A stretch of 64,000 nt of DNA, from the NCBI RefSeq assembly GCF_009914755.1, contig NC_060925.1. One strand, given 5' to 3'. Each line of letters begins with the position of its first letter. The first letter of the stretch is position 1. A program made the translations under genes and the position numbers. This document shows positions 1 through 12,800 of the stretch, one piece after another. This DNA comes from the human T2T-CHM13v2.0 reference genome, Homo sapiens. Under the pieces are notes generated by a model. The model did not search any database and was not told the DNA's origin. It saw nothing but the letters and a program-made list of their open reading frames with translations.

Positions 1-1029
1 GATATCTAATCCTTTGTAGCCACTGAAGGCATTAAATGTCTGAGTGTTTTGAGCCTGTACTAAAAGGGGAACTCCTATATATATTTTGTTATTACAGTGT
101 AATATTGAAGTGCTACTCTTTTTTGCCTCTTCATACCAGATTCTGTCCTGCTTCTGATTTTCCTGGCTATCTGAAATGTTGATGATAATTACTCTGTTTT
201 CATTTTTACTCCATATCTCAGGCTTGATACATACCACTGTTTTATGTCATATACCTTAGCTTCTTTTATTAAAATCATTTTCTTCCCTGGCTGTGCTTCA
301 GCCTGAGGACAAGACAGGCAAGGCTAATGTCTGGCTATAATTTCTTGGTTCTAGGAGCAAGGCCTGTCCCTCAGCACCAGCCTGATATCCAGCTAGCACT
401 CCTACCGTTCCTCCCGCCTCCTCCTCTCACTCCCATTGCCCCTGCCTTACAATATTACTCTCTGCTTCATCTCCTACTGCAACACCATTGACCCAGCTTT
501 GAAAAGATATAATGTCTTATTCAATTCTATACCTGGTATACCTAGTTTTTATAAATAATGAAAAAGGAAATCAAAGCACTCATCATTGACCGGTTGTTGA
601 CTTCATTTTTAACAAATGAGTTAAGATACTATTTGCCATCGCCCTCTGATTTAAGGAAGAATCTTAGAGAAAATAACATTTTAGTTGCTGCTTGAATGAT
701 GGAGGAAGAAAAGTAGATTATACAGGGATCTTTGTAGGGGTGTTTGAAGCTTAGAATCATTCTCAACTAATACTTGAATATTATCTGTAAGGCATGGAGG
801 ATACAAAAACTTAGTTCCTGTTTAACTCCAAATGACTGATATAGGGGCAAATAATAAAAAAGTTGAAAGAGAGACTGCCGAGGACTGGAGAAGCTGTCTT
901 TTGTCTTTTCTTGCTGTATAAAACCTCTCTAGGTGATTTCATATATTTGCTTGAGACCAAATTCTCTTGAAAATCTAGTAGCTTATCATAAAAGAATTTC
1001 ATTCAGTTTCTGGAATATAATGTGATTTT

Positions 1030-1340
1030 CTGTCTCTGGGCTTTTGCAGATGTTATTTCTGCCTGAAGTGATTCTTACTAATCTCTTAAAATATAATCAT
1101 AGAGTCCATAACTTCCAGAAAAGTTTTCTTGATCTTTCAGCACTGGAATAAGTGTTCCTGTGGTTCTCATAGTCCCTGTTCTTTCCCAATCATAGCCTTT
1201 CTTACACTATATTGTCTTTATTACACTGTGTTGTAATTGTCTTCACCAGATTGTTCAAGGAACACAGGAACTGTTTATATAACAATGCCTGGTGTATGGT
1301 TGGTGCTCCAAATATGTAAGTTGGTTGAGTGAATGAGTAG
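1030..1340 (+). mobile_element. L2 LINE 3' fragment
   Basis: Degenerate L2 terminus: acaatgcctggtgtatggttggtgctccaaatatgtaagttggttgagtgaatga. Confidence 0.55.
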
Positions 1341-1612
1341 GATACAGTAGAGAGGAGTTGGTCGTTCCAGGCAAGGGAAGAAGATCAATAAAAACAAGGA
1401 GTGTGGTATTGAATATTGCGGATTCTGAGGCAATGAGTATAACATTTGACTGGAGTATAATATTGAAAAGAGAGGTTGGAGCTTTAAATGCCACATTAGG
1501 GAGTACAAAGTTTATTTACTAAGAAAGAGTGATTGAAGCTTTTAGAGATAAAAATAATGATATGTGTTCTCATAAATTTTGTTAAGTAATATATCCGTGC
1601 ATCAGATATAAC

Positions 1613-1924
<312 letters not shown>

Positions 1925-2010
1925 TTTTTTCTAATTCTTATTTTCAAATTTTTGCAGTGCTCTTCGATGGATTAAACATATGATGATTGCCTATTTTATA
2001 GACTCCTGTC

Positions 2011-2292
2011 TTTTTTTTTTTTTTAGACAGTTTTGTTTTGTTGCTCAGGCTGGCACAATCTCGGCTCACTGCAGCCTCTGTCTCCCAGGTTCAAGCGATT
2101 CTCATGCCGTAGCCACCCAAGTAGCTGGGATTACAGGCATGTGCCACCATGCCAGGCTAATTTTTGCATTTTTAGTAGAGACAGGGTTTCACCATATTGG
2201 CCAGGCTCGTCTTGAGCTCTTGGCCTCAAGAGGTTCTCCCACTTGGCCTCCCACAGTGCTGGGATTACAGGTGTGAGCCACTGTGCCTGGCC
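2011..2292 (-). mobile_element. Alu (AluS-type), antisense, with TSD gactcctgtcttt
   Basis: Alu dimer; direct repeat at 2001-2013 and 2293-2305. Confidence 0.95.
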
Positions 2293-2555
2293 GACTCCTG
2301 TCTTTCTTTTAAGATTGTTCCTATGAATTTATAAGGAAACTTAGAAAATTTGAATGAATGCTGCTGAATGAATTGAACAACTGTCATCAAACTTTGCAGT
2401 TTGTTTTTCTTATAAACGAAACTGTTTTTAAACTATGACAATTAAAAAATATAATTCAAATAAGGTAGTAAGCTAACTTAATGTTTGGGGTTTCCTTCTT
2501 ATTTGTAGCTTAAAGAAAAATAAATGCTTACAGCTGTGACTTTTTTTTTCTCTAG

Positions 2556-2720
2556 TATCTCCAGAGGCAGTTGGATTTTTGTCAGCTGTTGGGGTGTTTA
2601 TTATCTTGATGCTGCTCCTTTTTCTCTATATTAATAAGAAGTTCTGTTTTGAAAATGTTGGCGGGTTTCCAGATCTTGGTTCAGAATACAGTACAAGGAA
2701 GAATTCACAAGATAAAATTT
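2556..2720 (+). CDS. SYT14: SYT14 coding exon encoding the N-terminal transmembrane segment ((V)SPEAVGFLSAVGVFIILMLLLFLYINKKFCFENVGGFPDLGSEYSTRKNSQDKI); 165 nt, phase 1-1
   Basis: Acceptor ttttttttctctag at 2542-2555 and donor gtaagt at 2721. Translation matches my recollection of human synaptotagmin-14 (hydrophobic TM followed by NKKFCF). Splices in frame to 9961 (T|AT = Tyr). Confidence 0.95.
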
Positions 2721-3789
2721 GTAAGTATCGTATTGCTGCTTCTCTTGTTTGTTCTTTTTATCCGTACTATTATTTACTTATTTTAATATATGCAATAAAA
2801 AGGTTGGTTGTGACATACAATAAACTAATATTTGAGCTACTGTTCTGTAAAAGATCTGTTAAGTAAATTATGTTCAGGTATTCTTCTGTTGTTTATGAAT
2901 TGCTGTTACATAAAGGTGAATTGTCTACTATGACAAAATGACATTTTAATTTTTCGTATGTAAGATATGCTTTTGAGCCTATAATAGGAGCAGATACACT
3001 TGAGGAAGAAGGAGGTATCTTGTTACTTTGTGTAGTGTACTTCCATTGTCCAAGTAGCTCTTTAGAGAGCTTTTTTTCTCCATATCCCTAGAATGCTTTT
3101 GAAAGTATTCACCCTTTTTCTTTACCTGCTATTTAATTTTCAGCTAATGGGTAATTTTATTGTTTGGAGGAGTTGGAGGTGGTTTTACTTAGTAACTTAA
3201 TTTATATATAAATTCCGATGATAAAAAATAGTGTTCCACTCCCTCCCTTGGCACCATATATTATAGTGTTACTAGATACTAGGAAAGATGAGGGCTGTAA
3301 TACCATTCTTTCTCCTATGGAAACATTTTCCTTGGAGTGTTTTTTTTTTTTTTAATTACTACAAGAGTTTTAAAAATTTTCTATTTCCAAAGACTGGTTT
3401 ATAAAAATGATAGCAGAAACAAATTGGAAATTATAAAAGCAAAGTGTTAATTTAGAAGAATGTGACAAAAAATAGCTGAGAAATCTGGCTTTACTTGTCT
3501 GTGTACCTGTGTTGGAGATATGCTTTTCTCTTACATTTGATAACTTAAAAGGCGATAGCCCCATTACTTATAAGACTCTATTAGTTATTGAATTATATTT
3601 TGTGACTTTTGCATTAAGAAACTATAAATAGTATTTTATACAGTTTTAATTTGGTTAAGTTCAGTGTTTCTCATATTCCACTCCAGTTCTGCTTTTTGAT
3701 CATTTGTGCAGAAAGAACTGGCTAAAAGTATCTCTTTACTGGCCTTTGGTAATTCTCTGGTTCAGCATTTCTGGTTTTTCCTTTGTTTA

Positions 3790-4280
3790 ATGACAACTTT
3801 GTACTTTTAAATTTTATTGAGTAGTCCCAAAGAGCTTTTTGTTTATGTGGATTATATCTATTGATATGTACCATATTAGAGTTAAAACTGAGAAAATTTA
3901 AAAATATTATTTACCAATTTAAAACAGAAAATTTAAAAATATTATTAATTTATTTTTTTAAAAAAACAAGACTATTACATGTTAATATAAATATCATCTT
4001 TAAATTTTACAAAACTATTTTCCAAAACAAAAAGAAAATGGGGAAAAAGTGGTGAGAAGAGTGATTTTGTTTTATACTTTTTACAAATCTTTTTAATGAC
4101 TAGCATAATGGAAGACAGCTGGATTCTCATTTCTGCCTCTACATTCAATCTGTCATGTAGCCTCTGGATAACTCCAGTGTTCACTTGTGAGCCAATGAGA
4201 ATGAAAAAGTTAAGTACTCCCTTGCTGTTATTGTAAAACTAGTCTTGACCTTGAGGATCCCTTGAAAATGTCTCAGGGAA
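3790..4280. mobile_element. hAT-Charlie DNA transposon relic (Charlie4a-like)
   Basis: ttattgagtagtcccaaagagctttttgtttatgtggattatatctattgatatgtaccatattagag resembles the recalled Charlie consensus; subfamily unverified. Confidence 0.5.
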
Positions 4281-4926
4281 CTTAATTTTTCTGAGCCTTG
4301 TTTTTCTTTCACTTATTAAATAGGAATAATAATATTTACCTCCTAGAATTACTGTAAAATCAAGTAGGATAAAATGTGTCAATTACAATGCCTTGCATAT
4401 AGTAGCCACTCAGCAGGTGTCCACACTTCCTCTCCCCTATTCTTACCACTATGCAAAATTGTTTAGATATTTCTCTTTAATATTTTTCTTAATGTGAAAT
4501 GATACTGGGTAGTTTATTAGTAAGATAGGGTAGTTCCCTTACGTAGACTGTTAATAAGCAAACTAAAAGTACATAATAAAAATCCTTTTTATACTTCTTT
4601 TTTCAGGTGTAGAATAAAAAACCAATAGTATTTGAGGGAAAAATATTGTCTTGCTGCTGTTATAATAGCTGTGGAGTGAGAAAAAATGTCATAACGTTTA
4701 AACCAAGTGGTTTGATTTTTTTTTTCCGGAAGAATCTTTACTTCAACATATTTCTTTCAATGCATAATGTATTTACAGAAAGATTAAAAGCTACAATGTG
4801 AATTGCTAATATTGAGCTGACGAATAGCAACATTTAAGTAAATGTTAAATTCAAGTTCCAAAGTGGTTGATATTTTCAGAAGAGAAAATTCCATTATTGC
4901 ACCTTTTAGGAACAAGGAATTAGAAA

Positions 4927-6022
4927 ATGGCATTTTTCAGAAATTTCCAACAGAATCTGCCTTCAGTGTCCTCTCTAGTAGACACAATCAGTAGTGCTGT
5001 AGAGGATTTGACCACTGCTGTTGGGGAGGTCAGCTATGCTTTAACTGACTCAGTTGCTGAGCAGGTAACAAGTATGATGAGTGGCTTTCGCCCAGAAGAG
5101 GAAAGCTCTGTAGCAGAAGAAGCTGTAGACACTTCTAAACAAAAAAATGCCGGGTTAACAGAAGTCTCCAAAAACACTAATTGTCAGAAAACACAAGCCA
5201 ATTTAGAGCATAGAGCAAAGCAAATAAATACTTGTAAAACTTCACTAAAGCAAGATCAAGGAATACATGAAGAAAGAGTATTTAAACATGTTAATGATAG
5301 GCAACAAACTCTATCAGAATATCAAGACACTGGTAATACTGGTGATTCTTCTTTGAAAGGCTACATGAATAATGGTGGGATATCAGTTATCAGACAGAAT
5401 ACAAGGGCTGGATCTATTTGTCAAGAACTTGAAAGTACTGACAGATGTAAAACAATTGGAGTAGGAATTTCCAATAATGGTAAGAATGATTTAAAGGAGG
5501 TAGGATATCAAGAAATGAAAGGAAATCAGAAGAATGCCAACGGAATAAACAAATTGTATGAGCAAAAGAAATATGTTGGTACAGATAATTGTAAAAAGGA
5601 GGAATATTCTAAATCTCGACATGTATATTTGGGAAGAGATCAAGAGAATATGGGGCATTTCAATAAATGTAAACATCTTCCCGATTTAGGGCATTCAGAT
5701 CATTTAAAGAAAGCTGAAAAATGTGTTAAAAGTAAAGCATCCAAAGGGAATGAGTGTTCAGGAAATGAATGTTCTTTAAAAGATATTTTGACAAGCAATA
5801 GGCATATGACACAGAAATCTATTATAAAAGAAGACATACATCCAGCACCATCAACTAATTCTAAAGATAAGTTATCTGGGAAAATTGAAGAACAAATAAA
5901 TTCAACGAAATACTGTAAAGTGAACGAAGACATAAAACCAAAGAAAACTGAGGCCATTTCTGCCAAGAAAGGAACAGCAAAGAGTAAAGATGAAAAATAT
6001 TCTAAGATAATACCAGAAAAAG
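4927..6022 (+). CDS. SYT14: Large alternative coding exon of SYT14 giving a new TM-less N-terminus (MAFFRNFQQNLPSVSS...IIPEK, 365 codons + 1 nt)
   Basis: 369-codon ORF in AT-rich non-repetitive DNA; Kozak aaaATGG; in-frame TAG at 4921-4923; donor AAG|gtgagg at 6022/6023 in phase 1, joining exon 9961 in frame (G|AT = Asp, then NSYMDKDE). Confidence 0.8.
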
Positions 6023-7053
6023 GTGAGGTCTCCTAATGTTGGTGTGAGTGATTAAATTTTCTCTTGATTTTTTTAAATTAGTAAAACATCATCCAAATTT
6101 CTCAGCTTTCCTGTTCATGTGTCTATATTTAAGACTTTCTTGAATCCTTTTACTGGGAAACATTTTTAAAGCCATTCAGTATTTTTTCTAAAATCATTTC
6201 AAGAGCATTCATGTTATTTGTCCCACTAAGTATTGCCCCTGGTCCCTGCATTATTTGGCCAACTTTTCAGCAGCCCTAGTTTTTCTTAATGTCCATTTAT
6301 TTTACAACCAGAAACTCCATGGTTTTCTTACCTGCTTTATTTGGAGTTTATTTGATGTGCTGTAGTTGCATTTGAAATTTTTATATAACTAACTCTGAAG
6401 CCCTTTATACAGTATTGCTCTTTGCATCTATCCAAATTTATATCAAATGTTTAATTATTTCTTTGAGAGCAATAGATTTTATTTTATTCAATAATGTGGT
6501 TCACAATGTATTTTTATTCATTTCGCCCATACATTAAAAATTTTATATTACTGCCCTGTTTACAATAAGTATACGTGAATAATCTATTATTATTCATGAG
6601 TTCTCTATGTAGAATTAGGATTCTGACTAAGCATTTATAGTTTTCAATCACAGTATTTGTGATAATTTTCATTATTCACAGTATATGTGATAATTTTCAA
6701 TATTCATTAGCAGCTCATACTGCTAATAATTACTTCTGGTAATCCCTTAGTCATATCCACTTATTGCTGATCTGATCACAAGGCCAAAAGTACACTGGCT
6801 TTTATTTATAAAATACACATCTGGAATTTTTCTCTAAGTTCATACTCTCGTAAAATAACAAAAAGCAGAATAGCGGTAATGAGGAAGACTTTTCAGTTCT
6901 GCTACGACTACATACATAATAGGGATCTGCTATTTATCTATTATATGAGTGGTTTTACAGTGATATAGGAGAGGCTAATCCAGGATGGATGAACTAACTT
7001 AAAAGAAATGTCAGTTTCTGAAAATGTATCCATTTTGGAGTCTATTTTTCTAG

Positions 7054-7354
<301 letters not shown>

Positions 7355-7777
7355 ATTCTAGCAGTTTTTTGATTGTCAGATTTAGTGATCTTTGGTAGGC
7401 CTAGTTTAGTTCTGGTAGACTTACTGCTTAAAGTAGCAAAAATTAAAAAATAATGTAAAATAGTTTACATATTATTTTATTCAGAAAATAATGATAGAAT
7501 GGATACTAGTAATAAGTACATTACAAATAGCATGTAGGGTTTTTAACTTTTTAAATTTGTTTTCATTAAGAAGCATGCTAGTACCTAAAGAAACCAAATA
7601 TTTCTAACATATTCCACAATATAGTCAGTACTAAACTTATACACGCAATGTTCCCAAATGATTTTCAAAAATTGTTTGACACATAGATTAACCCTTCATT
7701 TAGCTGAATGGTAATATTACTGGTACCTGTGTTCCAGGTTCTGACACAGGGTTTATAAGGTATAGAAAAAGGGGGAA

Positions 7778-8095
<318 letters not shown>

Positions 8096-8274
8096 TTATT
8101 TCTAAATGTAGGTTATGTTAGGTAATGTTTTTTAATAGGTGAAGTTTGACCACAGACTAGTTACCCTCCTCAAGAGACTCAAAACCCTCTGCTGGTTTAA
8201 GATCCCCACCATGGTATCCCAGAAAGTGCTAACAGCTCTGCACTGGGAGTCAGAGGTCTTAGGCTCGGCCATCT

Positions 8275-8479
8275 CATTGTTGTCTAATAGTATTTTCTGC
8301 AACAATGAAAAAGTCTTATATCTCTGCATTGTTCCATATAGTAACCGCTAGCTGCATGTGGCTGTTGAGCACTTCAAATGTGGCTAATAGCATGGGGAAC
8401 TGGGTTTTAATTTCTGTTTAATTTTAATTAGTTTAAATAGCCACATGTGACTATTGGCTACATATTGGGCAAGCACTGC
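8275..8479. mobile_element. MER3 (hAT-Charlie MITE), flanked by MIR-like remnants
   Basis: gctagctgcatgtggctgttgagcacttcaaatgtggcta...aaatagccacatgtgactattggctacatattgg matches the recalled MER3 internal inverted structure. Confidence 0.75.
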
Positions 8480-8879
8480 CACAATATATGACATTGGTGA
8501 TGGCGTTACCCATTTATGGCTTTATTTTACTGATTTAAAAACTAGGACTAGACTAGATGACATATAACCTCCTTCTAACTCTAAGCATTTAGTTTCTGTC
8601 CTGTATTTTAAAAATTACTTATCCTGTAACTCCCACTCAAATTTCAACCTCAATTTCTTTACTACAGATGCTTAACTGACTATAAAGAGAAAAATAACCA
8701 GATTGAACTAATGAATTTTAACTACTGTAGTCTCTTCACCTTTCTAGAATTGTTTAATAATTCTAAGAAAGTTACACCATTGTGCAGTTTCAAAGTGGTT
8801 ACCTTTTTAAAAAACTGGTAATAACTAGTGCTTTTTAGAACAATAAAAAATTTAGACCTCCTGAAAGTTTTGTTTGAAA

Positions 8880-9530
8880 TTTAGGTATATTTAAGTAAAG
8901 TTTTCCTAGAAATTCTGCCTTTCACAAGCAGTAAGTGTTAACAGTTTGGTGTATATCCTTCCAGATAGTTTTGTCTGTGCATACCTATGTATGCATTATG
9001 TGTGTGTATATGCCACATGTGTGTGTATATATATTTTTCAAATGGGAATATAATTATAACTTCTACTTTTTTACCTCCTTTTTTCTCATAACATGATATT
9101 GTAGTTATTCTTTCCCTGAGAGTTCTTTTAAATTCACATCCTCATTTTTAATGACTGCATAATATATCATTGAATAGATACATCATAATTTATTTAAACA
9201 AAGCTCACTGATGGACATTTAGGTTATCTCTTTTGCCATTAAATACAGTGCAGTGAATTGTCTCAAAAATATATCTTTATTCATCTGTTAATTAATTTCT
9301 TAGGCTGAATTCTTAGAAATAGAATTGGTAAATTCCTGGAAATGGATCAGATTATGCAGATTTAAAAGTTTGATATATTTTGCCAAATTGCTCTCTAGGA
9401 AAGTAGTATCAGTTATAATTTCACCAATAGTATATACCTGTCCATTGCTGTATTTTACTGCTAGCACTGAGCATTATCCGTTTTGAAAATTTTGACCAAA
9501 ACGAGAACCAGAAATGTGTCTTTTAATGTG
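8880..9530 (-). mobile_element. Old L1M 3' fragment
   Basis: Degenerate L1M 3' motifs (gatggacatttaggttat, ttgccaaattgctctc, gcactgagcattatc). Confidence 0.55.
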
Positions 9531-9769
9531 AGTTATTTGAATCAGAGCTATAGTACTGGCAATACTTAGAACTTCACTTGTGTGTTACTTATACTTTAAA
9601 AAATGTAAATTGGTATTATAATTTACTTTATATGTAACATGGTTGAAAAATCCCTGTGACTAACAAACATTATTTATATAATAGAATATACAAACTGATC
9701 TTTTTCCAAAGCTTGGGCTTCTTATGTGAAAAAATTGTATTTTTTTAAATCTGAAAATTCAGGTTGTGT

Positions 9770-9838
9770 ATAATATATATGTGTGTGTGTGTGTATATAT
9801 GTGTGCATATATGTATATGTGTGTGTTTATATATATAA
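9770..9838. repeat. (TG)n/(TA)n mixed dinucleotide tract
   Basis: Direct reading. Confidence 0.9.
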
Positions 9839-9960
9839 CTTCAGCAAATTTTCTATACTTTATTGTGTAAAAATTATCATTTGACGGGCCCAGTAGGGCC
9901 AGGTGAGGGGAGGGAATTTTTTTTTCAATTACCGTTTGTTCTTCATGTCATTCCAAATAG

Positions 9961-10176
9961 ATAATTCCTACATGGACAAAGATGAGCATGGTTCATCCTC
10001 TGAAAGTGAAGATGAAGCGCTGGGTAAATATCATGAGGCCTTATCCAGAACACACAATTCCAGACTACCACTGGCAGATTCTAGACAAAGGAACTATGCT
10101 TGGGAAACAAGGCAGAAATACAGTCCTCTATCGGCAGAGTATGATGGATACAGTAGTGAAGCATCAATAGATGAAG
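9961..10176 (+). CDS. SYT14: SYT14 coding exon, cytoplasmic linker (NSYMDKDEHGSSSESEDEALGKYHEALSRTHNSRLPLADSRQRNYAWETRQKYSPLSAEYDGYSSEASIDE); 216 nt, phase 1-1
   Basis: Acceptor ...gtcattccaaatag ending at 9960 and donor GAAG|gtaaga at 10177. Peptide matches recalled SYT14. Confidence 0.95.
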
Positions 10177-11429
10177 GTAAGATGGGCTGTTTTATTTTTT
10201 TTACATGACACACTATAGTATTTGATTACTTGTGCCTGAAATTCTAGGAATCTGTGGTTGCAGAATAAACAAGAGAGCACATACAGTACAGTCACATTTC
10301 TGGGAATGTAATTTATTCAAATTTGTATCTTTGGGCTCAGGCCAAAAATCAAAACCAATACCAAAACACCCCAAAGCAAAAACCAAATAATTTACGTAAT
10401 GTGTTAATTGTAGCTCTTATTTCACAGTGAACATATGCTTAGCAAGCATGATATGAAAGATGTGAATCTGCTGTTCTCTCAGATGGAATTGGTTTCTCTA
10501 TACCTGTTATAGGAACTGATAGAGTTTAAGTCTCTCACGGTGTTGAATATGATTCCAGTGTGTAAATGTATACTGTCTCATTCAATATGGCTCCTAAACA
10601 CCAGCCAAATGTTGCACATGGCAGACAGCGGAAGAAATGGTAATCTGTTTTGTGCAGAAGGGAAAACTGTCTGAGATGAATTTATTGAGAGCTAGTACTA
10701 TATTATACCATTCTTTAAAGGCAATTTAAGGTATTTTCAAGGATTTCAGTAATTTGAAGGATTATTTGTCTCTAACTGATTTTGTGTTATGTGCTGAAAT
10801 TGACTTTAGAACTCAACCTATATAGAAGATGTCAGTCCACTTATTCATGTTTTTACGTCTTTCTGTGACATAAATAAGACAGATTTTGCCATTAATTAAA
10901 GCATATTTATTTCCACATTTAAATAAATTATTCACTTGCTTAATAGAATGTATGGCTACTCATCATGATTATTATCTTTATACCCAGATATGAGGGACAG
11001 AATAATATATCCTAGATATCATTTTTATCATTATACATAAACACAAGCTATCCTTGATTTTGTAGCTGTGACTTAATGTTTTAGGGCCTATTACTATTGA
11101 TGACTTAAAGTTTTATCCCAGCATGTACAGTTGTCAAAGGGGGTAAATCACCTATTGCTGTATTTGGCTTCATGCCAACTAAAGATTAGTGCACCTCAAT
11201 TCTTATGTCTGCTAGTACACAGATATAATAATAAATTAATCAAATACTGAATGATTACTATATGGTCATTATGAGATTCAAGGGAAGAAGTAAAAAATAT
11301 CTGACAGGTACTCTACCCTCAAAAATACATTTTAGTACTAGGGAAAATAAGACATGTGCTTACTAAGTTAATTAAATAATACAAAGCAGTAAAACCAGTC
11401 CCCAAGTTATGTACACCCCTGGTACATGA

Positions 11430-11675
11430 ATAGTAGAGCAGGAAGAGAATGTGTTTTGAGATCTGGTCCTTGTTAACATTCTGGCCATATCTCTTAATAT
11501 ATTAGCTGTGAAACCTTTGGCAATATAGTTCATTGTTTTTAGATTTCTTTCATTGTCTGTAAAATATGAATAAAACTGAACTGGCAGGGTTGCCATGAAA
11601 ATTAAATGATATATGTGGTACAGTTTTTAGCATAGTGTCCGATAGCTAATAGGTAAGTGATCAGTAAATGTAGCC
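11430..11675 (+). mobile_element. MIR SINE
   Basis: ttagctgtgaaacctttggcaa...tctgtaaaat...agggttgccatgaaaattaaatga MIR core. Confidence 0.6.
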
Positions 11676-12233
11676 AATTATAATGGTAGTGAAAAGAGTG
11701 ACGGTCATGAGCAAGCCCTGAGTGTGCATTCCCTTTTTGCAGGTACGTTTCGGATTTATTTTCTATTCATTTCTCTTTCCTCTCACCCCAACTCCCCTCT
11801 GCTGTCTTGAGCACTTCTCGGTAGTTCTGTTAGTCTAGCCTGACTTTATAGCCTATGGAAAGAGCAGTGAGGAGAGAGGTACACAATCTAGGTGCTTCTA
11901 CTATTCTTGCCCTAACCTCTGCAAGTGGTCCAAGTGCCCCAGAATCACCTTCTCATTTTATTTTACCCATATATTTAGGACCTATCCTGTACTTTTTTAC
12001 ACATTTCTACCCTCAATTATTTGATGAAACACTTAATTTTAGGCATTCTGAGATTATATTTATTTATTTTGTAAACACAAAAAGCTTTCGTGAACGCTTT
12101 TTAGCAGTCATACACTGCTAGATACTGTGGATATGAAGATCATAAGCTTGTTTATCTCAAAAAACCTACTGACTGGAGGAGGAAAATCAGTGAGTATATA
12201 CGTAATATGATGAGAGGTCTGTTAGTCACATGA

Positions 12234-12563
<330 letters not shown>

Positions 12564-12800
12564 GACAAAACTTTAAAAATCAAAAATAAAAAAAGATACA
12601 GAGAGTAGGAGGTGATTTCGATTTTGGGAAGTAGGAATCTGAGGAAGTCTAATGGGGTCTAGGTGAGTTAGACTTGAGTGAGAATTATTTCAACAAGCAT
12701 GGAATAGGGCTTTCATGCAATCATGAATCCAAAAGAAAGTGTATTTCAGTGCCTGTAACTTGGGATCTTTGTTTGAAGAAGGGGATTGCCTTGCTCAGTA

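Noticed and set aside
4910-6022. Reading the large exon as an in-frame cassette between the TM exon and exon 9961
   Set aside because: The nearby acceptors fail: 4607 gives CVE-stop, 4910 gives TGA, 4924 is out of phase, and TAG 4921-4923 blocks the frame for any acceptor upstream of it.
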